DNA of 12,254 nucleotides from Candidatus Krumholzibacteriia bacterium (GTDB taxonomy: Bacteria > Krumholzibacteriota > Krumholzibacteriia > WVZY01): NCBI GenBank assembly GCA_036478295.1, contig JAZGDW010000234.1, forward strand, positions 1 through 12,254, read 5' to 3'. The notes beneath the pieces were generated by a model, which worked only from the letters and a program-made list of their open reading frames with translations, did no database searches and was not told where the DNA came from. The translations under genes and the position numbers were made by a program. Below, in pieces: positions 1-7,091 of the stretch (position 1 is its first letter; each line of letters opens with the position of its first letter).

Positions 1-1286
1 TCCGCCACCAGCGCCACGGCGACCTTTACGGACTGTTCCGCCAGTTGCGGGGTGTTGTAACTGGTTCCCACCACGTCGCTGGTCGTATGGATGAACGGGC
101 TGCGGTCGCCACTGTCCTCGTAAAACATGATTGCATCGTAGCCGTGATTCCAGAACGGTACGTGGTCGCTGCTCGCCGTGCCGGGCAGACTCCCGTCCAC
201 GAGCGCCAGCCCGGGAACGTAAAGCGCGCCAACGTTCATGACCCGATCGCGAAGCCACTCCGAACTGAAGTTGTCGATGATATCGAGGTCCATAACGTCG
301 CCGCCGTTTACATAACCAATCATGTCGACGTTGATCATGGCGATAATGTCGTCGCCCCGCGCCTCGGCTTCACTGACGTAGGCCTCGCTACCCAGCAAGC
401 CCACCTCTTCACCACAAAAAGCGATGAAGGTCAGCGTATAGTCAAATTCGTAGTTACTCAGGATGCGGGCGCACTCCAAAATGCAGGTTGTACCCGATGC
501 GTTGTCGTCGGCGCCGGGGCAGTTGTTGTGATCGCCCGTTATCGAATCGTAGTGCCCGCCGATGATGAAGATTTTCTGCGGGTTGCCCACACCGGGCATG
601 ACGGCTACTACGTTATCGTAGTAGATGGTGCTCCAGTCGTGAAAGTACACGCTGTCGATGCCGAAGGATTGGAATTGGGATCTGATGTAGTTGGCGGCGG
701 ACAGGCAGCTGTCGTGCGCCGCGAAACGCGTCACAAAATCCTGCAGCCGCTGCACGGTGGCGTCGATGCGGGGGCCGGAAACCGAGTCGACCATGGCCTG
801 GATCATCGGGTCCGGTCCCAGGGTCGCCGTTCGGTGGGGTAGCGGCCGGGTCGGGGGCGCTACGCGCACCGGGCGCAGGAAGACCCGTGCGATATCGAAC
901 CCCTCTCCTGCGAGGCGTGCCGCCTCGGCGGGCGTCGCTTCGAAGACCGCATCCACACCCTCCCAACCGAGTACCCGAACCAGCGAGGTCACTGCGCTAC
1001 GGTCGCTGCCGTTCCGTATTGACGTTGTGTAATAGGTCTTCCCCGTGACGTCGGGGTCGAGGATGCTCCATCTGAGACCGAGGGACTGCAGTATTTCCGT
1101 GTCCCCCGGGCGGGCGACAACGAGGAGCCGCCGATCCGCGTTGTCCACGACCATCACATCCGCGGCCAAGAGGGACGCAGCGGTGCCCGGACGGGGATTG
1201 CGCACGATGACCAGCGCGGGGACGGCGGCCAGGGACGTATCCGCGAGCACTACGAGGAGGATGGCAGCGATAAGGCGCTTGCCCAT
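1..1286 (-). CDS. Exported M28-family metallopeptidase (aminopeptidase-like); 3' end lies beyond the left window edge
   Basis: Not in the ORF track because it has no stop in the window. Manual translation from ATG 1286 is open to base 3: MGKRLIAAILLVVLADTSLAA (signal peptide) ... IIGGHYDS ... PGADDNASG ... FCGEEVGLLGS ... MINVDMIG ... SSDHVPFW ... FIHTTSD. These are the M28 two-zinc ligand and general-base motifs in the expected order. About 150 aa of N-terminal extension precede the catalytic domain. Confidence 0.93.
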   Translation of the reverse strand, partial: MGKRLIAAILLVVLADTSLAAVPALVIVRNPRPGTAASLLAADVMVVDNADRRLLVVARPGDTEILQSLGLRWSILDPDVTGKTYYTTSIRNGSDRSAVTSLVRVLGWEGVDAVFEATPAEAARLAGEGFDIARVFLRPVRVAPPTRPLPHRTATLGPDPMIQAMVDSVSGPRIDATVQRLQDFVTRFAAHDSCLSAANYIRSQFQSFGIDSVYFHDWSTIYYDNVVAVMPGVGNPQKIFIIGGHYDSITGDHNNCPGADDNASGTTCILECARILSNYEFDYTLTFIAFCGEEVGLLGSEAYVSEAEARGDDIIAMINVDMIGYVNGGDVMDLDIIDNFSSEWLRDRVMNVGALYVPGLALVDGSLPGTASSDHVPFWNHGYDAIMFYEDSGDRSPFIHTTSDVVGTSYNTPQLAEQSVKVAVALVA

Positions 1287-1451
1287 TGGGGATTGCCCTC
1301 GGGTAAGAGGCAGCGCTACAACTTGTTCATTCAAATATAATACGCTGCCGTCTCCGTCGCCACCGAATACAATGAGTTGCTCCTGGCGGCCCCGAACCGG
1401 CCATTTTTGACAAATGTTAACGGCTCCACCGCGGGCCGGGCCGGCGTAACG

Positions 1452-1952
1452 CTATTTGCCATACCGTTTCTTGAAATCACGCTGCGCTTTGAGGCGCTTG
1501 GCCTTTTCCTCCTCGCTCACCGTAAGCGCGGAGCCACCATAGAATTCCCAGTTGCCTTCGACGATGTCCGCCAAGAAGTTGTCCAGCGATCCAAGAATTT
1601 GCCCCGCCTTGGCATGGTGGCTTTCGTCGAATTCCTTGACCTCCCTCGGATGACACCGCGAACAGTCCTTTGGCGAGACGATGATGCTGACCAGATGCCC
1701 GTTGTGATCGAACGCGTCGGGGTCATTCTTGTCGGCACTGTGACACTCGAAGCACCCAACGTTCGCACGGTAGTGTTTCGACGTTCCCCACTCCTGGTAG
1801 ATTCCCACCGTTTCCGTGGCATGACACTCGATGCACTCGGCCGTCTCTTTGGACATTGCCGACGGGATGGTTGTATCCGCAACCGCCCCCGGTGGAGCGG
1901 AAACAAGCAACAAAAGCATGGCCGGAAAACCCAGTCTGGATAAACACCACAT
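1452..1952 (-). pseudogene. Multiheme c-type cytochrome of the hydroxylamine oxidoreductase (HAO)-like family, internally deleted in frame (166 aa, 3 CxxCH)
   Basis: ATG at 1952 follows a strong RBS (TAAGGAGG, 1958-1965). A signal peptide is followed by CIECH, CFECH and CSRCH with the family spacers WGTSKHYRANVG, IIVSPKD and SHHAKAGQILGSLDNFLADIVEGN. The sequence then jumps at ALTVS to a charged tail EEEKAKRLKAQRDFKKRYGK, stop TAG 1452-1454. The frame is intact, so a functional short protein is not excluded. Confidence 0.8.
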
Positions 1953-1957
1953 CGCAC

Positions 1958-1965
1958 CCTCCTTA
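1958..1965 (-). promoter_or_regulatory. Shine-Dalgarno site of the multiheme cytochrome gene
   Basis: TAAGGAGG lies 5 nt before ATG 1952. This favours that start over the ORF-track start at 2081. Confidence 0.8.
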
Positions 1966-2196
1966 TTTATCCGATTGTTCGACAACGGTCGAGTTGTCAC
2001 CCACGACTCGCGGCGACCGGTACGCGCGTTGCGTCTCCGGCCGCCCTGCATCCGACAAGAAATGAAACGTGGCCACGCCATTCCCCAGAATCCATGACAC
2101 CCGTCACAAATCCGGCGTGACCACGCTCACGGTCCACTTCATCCGGTGCGGCCGGGCCAGGGTCGACCGATGCAGCAGCGATGTGGACCTTTGCCC

Positions 2197-4386
2197 TTAG
2201 CGGAGCATCACCATTTTCTTCATATGCGTGACATCTCCTGACACAAACTTGTAAAAGTACACACCCGTCGACACACCGTTCCCCGCGTTATCTTTGCCGT
2301 CCCACGTAACGACGTGTGAGCCGGACGGGTACGTCGTATTCACCAGCGTCCGGATTTCGCGACCCTGGACGTCGTAGATCCTGATCACGACAGGGACGTC
2401 GAATGGAACGTCAAAGCCGATCCGAGTCGTCGGATTGAACGGGTTCGGGTAGTTCTGACCGATCCCGAAGCCCGTCGGTGTCGCCGGGCCGGAGCCGCCC
2501 TCGCTTGCGAGTGCAGGCATGGGCATCGGGCCGACGAAGAAGGGCCGCATCATTTCGTGGTCTTCGTGCGAGAGGATGTGGCAGTGCCACACGTACCGGC
2601 CATCACGGTCGAACTTGGCGATGACACGCGTGACCTGTCCGGGAAGCATGACGGCCGTGTCCTTCCAGCCTGCCTCGTTGGCCGCGGGCGGTGTCACATC
2701 GCCACCGAGACTGTTAACGGTGAGTATGCCGCCGACCCCTACACCACCGCTGTGCGAAGGTTGGTCCTTCTCCGCGACGGTCCCCTCGAACGACTCCCGG
2801 TTAATGATCTGGAATTTGACCAGGTGCAGGTGAACCGGGTGTGCGTCCTCGGTGGCGTTGTAGACCTCCCATACCTCGATGTCGTCGCGCAGCGGGTTCT
2901 CGGTAATGGGCTCGAACCACGCCATGGAACCTTCGTCCAGCGTTCCCAGGAGCGGTTGCAGACGACCGTATTCATCCAGGCCCTCGAAGAGAACCAGGTT
3001 GCGTGTCTCGCCGTCCTGTACGAGCGGCGCGATGTCCGGCCGCAGCGCGGTGCCGGGACCCACGGTCGCATTCGGTACCGCCAACAGCGGCCGGTCCACA
3101 ACGAACTTCATGATAATGCCGGTGGTTGCGGGGTCGGCCGGGGGCATGACGCCGCCCTCACCGTCGCTGACCGTGCCATCCGGGTTGAAACCCTTGAACG
3201 GATCGTCCGGACCGAAGTTCTTGAGGACCAGTTCGGTCTGGCCCGTAAAGTCGACCACGAGATCGCAGCGCTCGCCCGGGGCGATAAGGAGACGATCCAG
3301 CGTGACCGGCACGGGCAGCAAACCGGCGTCGGTTCCGATTTGCATGAACGATTGCTTGGCGTCTCCGGCATTGTGAAACTCGAGGATATAGAATCGCGAA
3401 TCCGAGCCGTTCAGCATGCGCAAACGGTACTTACGCGGCTCGACATTGTACTTCGGCCACGCCACACCGTTTACAATAATGAAATCCCCGAAGAACTCAG
3501 CGATGACAGTCGGACCCGGGGGCAGCGGCGGAAAGCCGGGTTCCAGCTCCGGATCCGTAGACGGGTAGAAAAGCGATCCGTCGTCGTTGAACATGCGGTC
3601 CTGGATCACGATCTCCGTTTCATACGGGGTGCCGGGCAGCACGCCGTCGGCAATGAGATGGTTCTCGTTCTTGTCCCGCAGCAGGTAGAAACCCGCGAGC
3701 CCCGCGTACACGTTCAGGCGCGTGATGCCCAGCGCGTGGTCGTGGTACCACAACGTCGCCGCTTCCTGATCGTTGTCGTAGCGGAAGGTCTTCTTGACGA
3801 ACTGTGGGCCCCGCTCTGCCCAATTCTGCGTGTACCACTGTTCCGGCAAGCCGTCGCTTGCCGACTCGGTGTGACCACCGTGCAGGTGAGTTACGGTCGG
3901 AATGCCACCGGCCACCGGGTGCGCCATGTGCAGCGTTGCATCCACCGGGAGCAGGTGTGCGCCCGGTCCGCCCGGAAAATTGTACGGCGGAAGCTTGTTC
4001 TTCCACTTGATTTCGACGGGTATGCCCTCTTGCGCGATAAATGTCGGTCCGGGAAACGTCGCCGCGCGGCCGGACTGGCCGTATCCCCATATAGTGGTCA
4101 TGAGCGGCGCGCCATCCGGCGCGACCAGCCCGAGCCACTGAACGGACTCACGCATTTCCATGCTGAATTTCACGGGACTCTTCCGCACCTTTAGCGACAT
4201 GGCGCCGGGTGTCGCACCGGTCGTCGCGCCGGTGGCGTCTAGCCGCAGGGGAATGGGGAGGTTATTCACGAATTTGGGGTGCCCGTCAGGATCCAGCAGC
4301 ACTTGTGCTGCGCTGGGCGTAACATTCCATACGAGCAACACTGCCAGCAGGACGAGCAGGCCCTTGAACAGGTTTTTTGCGAACAT
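2197..4386 (-). CDS. Exported multicopper oxidase (CotA/bilirubin oxidase-like) with C-terminal FlgD-Ig / T9SS type A sorting-like domain
   Basis: 729 aa with a signal peptide ending PSAA-Q. All four copper motifs are present: THLHGG, WYHDH, HPVHLH and WHCHILSHEDHEMM (axial Met). The last ~90 aa read QNYPNPFNPTTRIGF...IYDVQGREIRTLV...WDGKDNAGNGVSTGVYFYK...KKMVMLR. RBS GGAGG at 4393-4397. Confidence 0.96.
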   Translation of the reverse strand: MFAKNLFKGLLVLLAVLLVWNVTPSAAQVLLDPDGHPKFVNNLPIPLRLDATGATTGATPGAMSLKVRKSPVKFSMEMRESVQWLGLVAPDGAPLMTTIWGYGQSGRAATFPGPTFIAQEGIPVEIKWKNKLPPYNFPGGPGAHLLPVDATLHMAHPVAGGIPTVTHLHGGHTESASDGLPEQWYTQNWAERGPQFVKKTFRYDNDQEAATLWYHDHALGITRLNVYAGLAGFYLLRDKNENHLIADGVLPGTPYETEIVIQDRMFNDDGSLFYPSTDPELEPGFPPLPPGPTVIAEFFGDFIIVNGVAWPKYNVEPRKYRLRMLNGSDSRFYILEFHNAGDAKQSFMQIGTDAGLLPVPVTLDRLLIAPGERCDLVVDFTGQTELVLKNFGPDDPFKGFNPDGTVSDGEGGVMPPADPATTGIIMKFVVDRPLLAVPNATVGPGTALRPDIAPLVQDGETRNLVLFEGLDEYGRLQPLLGTLDEGSMAWFEPITENPLRDDIEVWEVYNATEDAHPVHLHLVKFQIINRESFEGTVAEKDQPSHSGGVGVGGILTVNSLGGDVTPPAANEAGWKDTAVMLPGQVTRVIAKFDRDGRYVWHCHILSHEDHEMMRPFFVGPMPMPALASEGGSGPATPTGFGIGQNYPNPFNPTTRIGFDVPFDVPVVIRIYDVQGREIRTLVNTTYPSGSHVVTWDGKDNAGNGVSTGVYFYKFVSGDVTHMKKMVMLR

Positions 4387-4535
4387 GTTTTTCCTCCGTT
4401 GCTAAGAGTGCATTCTTGCTGTTCAACCGTTCTTTCTACTTCACCTGGCTCGGTATAGTCACCCCCTGCAAACGAGCCGCATGGTCAGGTGTGCTGAGGT
4501 TTTTGGAGCACCGCCTGAACTGGCGCCTCTGACCA

Positions 4536-4553
4536 ATGTGAATAGATTCACTA
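4536..4553. promoter_or_regulatory. Candidate Rex- or CRP-family operator
   Basis: ATGTGAA-TAGA-TTCACTA. The core GTGAAT-AG-ATTCAC (4538-4551) is a perfect inverted repeat, close to Rex TTGTGAA-N4-TTCACAA and CRP TGTGA-N6-TCACA. It lies about 150 bp upstream of the multicopper oxidase start. Confidence 0.4.
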
Positions 4554-4609
4554 GCCACAAGAAAAACCTGTCCCCCCTCATTCGCACGGGCTTGAATGCA
4601 ACCCTACGA

Positions 4610-4730
4610 TACCATGTAACACATTATAATAAAATGACATAGGTCAATTATCCCTAAAAATGATATCAATGCATCATATCGTATCAGACAAAGTTAATTT
4701 ATAGTTATGTAATGAGTTACAAGAATACTC
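4610..4730. promoter_or_regulatory. AT-rich probable promoter/operator region in the divergent spacer
   Basis: Strongly AT-rich against a GC-rich background. Contains AAATGAC-ATAG-GTCAATT (4632-4649), TGATATCA (4661-4668), TGTAA-TGAG-TTACA (4708-4721) and TATAAT hexamers. No well-spaced -35/-10 pair was identified. Confidence 0.5.
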
Positions 4731-4809
4731 TCCGGATTCGTCCAAGGGGCGCACATTTTTCCCCATCCCTTCGACTCTTGCGGGCGTGGGAAGGCTGTCA
4801 ACCTAGTAG

Positions 4810-4961
4810 TTTGCGTTCGATTACCCGGGCATGGACCAGTATATCGATCCCATTCACTGGGCCAACGCGACGCCTTTGGGTGGCAACTATAACTGGGAAG
4901 GTCCCGACATCCGTACGCGGGGCTCTCCATTTTCCAGCCGACACTTATCATCGACGAGTAG
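4810..4961 (+). pseudogene. Eroded 3' remnant of a probable pilin / type II secretion pseudopilin-like gene
   Basis: 4810-4908 translates [33 protein letters not shown]. After a 2-nt slip (AT, 4909-4910), 4911-4961 translates [20 protein letters not shown]. The joined sequence matches my recollection of the C-terminal half of a prepilin-type N-methylation family (TPLGGxYNWEGPDxYPYAGxSIFxPT ... YIIDE). The family call was not verified by search. Confidence 0.55.
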
Positions 4962-5155
4962 CCCATGACCACTCCTGAACCGCGCTTTCACCTTCCATTC
5001 GACGGCTCTTCATAGTAATATTTCGGCACACCCGATCGGGTGGCGCAATTCTCCCGTACCCGCTTACGTATCGAAACGGACCGGTACCCGAGTACCGGCT
5101 GTGAAACGCCTGCAGAAACGATGAACGACCAGCGAACTTGTGAAGGAGGAAGCAC

Positions 5156-6553
5156 ATGATCGAATTTCAACCCGGCAACCTCAGGGTTCCCAAGTGGACG
5201 CGCCCTGTGTACATGGTAGCCGCGGGGGTGAGCGATTTTCGCAAACGCTATCCCGAGAAAAAACTCGAAGAGCTCTGCATGATGGCCTTCCGCATGATGC
5301 TCGAGGAAAACGATCTTAAACTGGATCCCCTGGACGTCAAGGGACTGATAAATTTTTGCTCCTACGGCGAGTTCGCCGACCATTTTCAGGACCAGCTGCT
5401 TTGTGAAGCGAAAGTGCACGACTACATCGGACTCGATCCTCTGCCCAACGTGGGGGTTAAGACTGGCGGCGCGACCGGCGGGTCGGCGCTCCTCGTGGGT
5501 GCCACGACCGTGGCAAGCGGCATGGCCGATTGTACGCTCGTCCTGGGCTGGGAGCGCATGGATGAAGTGAAGACGTGGACCGGCAACTATTATATTTCCA
5601 CAGCCGCGTGCAAGGACTTCGAGACGCGGCTGGCGCGCAATTACGCCAGCTACTACGCACCCATGGCCCGGCGCTTTCAGGAAATGTACAACGTGGACGA
5701 GCGCGTGCGCGCGGAGATAGCGGTCAAGAACCGCGGTTACGCGTGCAATTCGCCGTTCGCGCAGCAATCGGGCAAGCACACGATAGATGAGGTTCTCAAC
5801 GGCGCCATCGTTTCGGATCCCCTGCGCTTTCTGGAATGCTGCGCGATGAGCGTGGGATCGGCGGCGGTATTGCTCTGCTCGGAGGAGCTGGCCCACAAGC
5901 TCAGCGACTCGCCCGCGCGCGTATACGTAGCCGGCGGTTCGCATACGCTCCGCACCGGCGACCGAAGGCCCATGCGCATTCCGCTGCTGCCCAACGAGAC
6001 GGAAGAGGATTACGTCGAGCTCTACCAACAGATGGAAAAAGAAGATGGCCGCTGGCCGGGTTTCGAGAGCTTCGGCGCCACGCGGTTTGCGGCGTACATG
6101 GCGTATGGCATGGCCGGCATCAAGGATCCGCTCGAGGATTTCGACCTGGTCGAAACTCACGACGCGTTTACCATCTCGGATCTCCAGACCTACGGTGACA
6201 TAGGCATGACGCTCTATGGTAAAGAGCAGGATTACGTCACGTCCGGCGACTGCTATCTGATCAACCCGCACACCGGCAAACAGGGTAAATGCCCGGCCAA
6301 TCTCTCCGGCGGACTCCTCGGCACGATGCACGCGGTCGGCGCGACCGGCATCTGGCAGGCCGGCGAGGTTTTGTGGCAGCTGCAGGGCAAGTACGACCAG
6401 TTCCACGGTGACCCCAAACTCTGGGAGCGTTACGGCAAGAAGAAACCCGACGATTGGGAGAGTCTGCAGGTAAAGGATGCGCGCCGGGGGTTGGCCATCT
6501 CGCACGCGGGCGTCGGCTCGCACGTGGTTTGTACCGTTCTGGAAAAAGCATAG
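5156..6553 (+). CDS. Thiolase-superfamily protein (SCP2/archaeal-type thiolase-like) lacking the canonical nucleophilic Cys
   Basis: 465 aa, RBS AAGGAGG 5143-5149. Thiolase-fold motifs: RPVYMVAAGVSDF, LVLGWERM, IAVKNRGYA..SPFAQ, DPLRFLECCAMSVGSAA, VETHDAF and NLSGGLLGTMHAVGATG. VKTGGATGG occupies the position of VENACASG. Confidence 0.92.
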   Translation: MIEFQPGNLRVPKWTRPVYMVAAGVSDFRKRYPEKKLEELCMMAFRMMLEENDLKLDPLDVKGLINFCSYGEFADHFQDQLLCEAKVHDYIGLDPLPNVGVKTGGATGGSALLVGATTVASGMADCTLVLGWERMDEVKTWTGNYYISTAACKDFETRLARNYASYYAPMARRFQEMYNVDERVRAEIAVKNRGYACNSPFAQQSGKHTIDEVLNGAIVSDPLRFLECCAMSVGSAAVLLCSEELAHKLSDSPARVYVAGGSHTLRTGDRRPMRIPLLPNETEEDYVELYQQMEKEDGRWPGFESFGATRFAAYMAYGMAGIKDPLEDFDLVETHDAFTISDLQTYGDIGMTLYGKEQDYVTSGDCYLINPHTGKQGKCPANLSGGLLGTMHAVGATGIWQAGEVLWQLQGKYDQFHGDPKLWERYGKKKPDDWESLQVKDARRGLAISHAGVGSHVVCTVLEKA

Positions 6554-6565
6554 CAAGGAGACAAG

Positions 6566-7078
6566 ATGACCGATCGAGTCAAACTGAACACGAAACCCTC
6601 CGAGATCACAAAAGTGGACGACGCCTGGGTGCTGCACGTTCCGCGCTTCGGCGTGGAAGGACAGCATTTTCACACCTACGGCCTGCTTACTCCCTATTTC
6701 AAAGGGCTCACCGAGGGCCGGCTGATGGCGACGAAGTGCACCAATTCGAAGTGCCCCATTTCGAAAGGCAGAAGCGAGTTGTGGCTGCCCCCCCGCGCCG
6801 ACTGCCCGGATTGCCACCAGCCGATGGAGTGGGAAGAGATAAAGACCCCGAAGGGGTACATCTACTCGTTTACCTATGTCGAGCGCGGTGGCCAGGGTCT
6901 CGAAATCGAATGCCCGTACTACCAGATCGACGTTAAGCTAGAAGGCGTGGCCTCGATCGTGAAGAGCTACCTCGTCGATCGCAAGCCGATCAAGATCGGG
7001 GACAAGGTTCGCGCGCTTTTCGTGACCGGCAAGGACGCGACCAACACGTGCTTGGACTTGTACTGGGAACTTACCTAG
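6566..7078 (+). CDS. DUF35-family Zn-ribbon/OB-fold protein (thiolase partner, acyl-CoA binding)
   Basis: 170 aa, RBS AAGGAG 6555-6560. YFKGLTEGRLMATKCTNSKC...LPPRADCPDC forms the Zn ribbon, and MEWEEI...GYIYSFT...IKIGDKVRA the OB fold. It lies 12 nt after the thiolase-like gene, the usual arrangement for DUF35. Confidence 0.92.
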   Translation: MTDRVKLNTKPSEITKVDDAWVLHVPRFGVEGQHFHTYGLLTPYFKGLTEGRLMATKCTNSKCPISKGRSELWLPPRADCPDCHQPMEWEEIKTPKGYIYSFTYVERGGQGLEIECPYYQIDVKLEGVASIVKSYLVDRKPIKIGDKVRALFVTGKDATNTCLDLYWELT

Positions 7079-7091
7079 TTGCGGTGCCGCC

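Noticed and set aside
45..842. 265-aa plus-strand ORF (also 691..1032 and 1045..1410)
   Set aside because: Antisense shadows of the minus-strand M28 peptidase, with no recognisable motifs.
2103..2189. Inverted repeats downstream of the multicopper oxidase (GGTCCAC 2131-2137 / GTGGACC 2183-2189; GTCAC/GTGAC 2103-2121) as a terminator
   Set aside because: The loops are large or the stems short, and there is no U-tract, so an intrinsic terminator is not supported.
2557..4194. 545-aa plus-strand ORF
   Set aside because: Antisense shadow of the multicopper oxidase. Long stop-free reverse frames are expected in GC-rich genes.
4892..4901. ACTGGGAAGG, resembling the B12-box of a cobalamin riboswitch
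   Set aside because: The other conserved elements of the riboswitch are absent. The sequence is better explained as the N-W-E-G codons of the gene relic.
4694..4978. Short ORFs 4694..4972 (-) and 4712..4978 (+)
   Set aside because: They lack RBSs and protein-like composition. The protein-like signal here lies in the other two plus-strand frames (the relic).
5025..5050. GGCACACCCGATCGGGTGGCGCAA, loosely like the first stem of a c-di-GMP-I riboswitch
   Set aside because: The loop is GATC rather than GNRA, and no matching second stem with a tetraloop receptor follows.
4988..6817. 609-aa minus-strand ORF
   Set aside because: Lies opposite the thiolase-like and DUF35 genes, which have clear motifs and RBSs. 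It has no motifs of its own.
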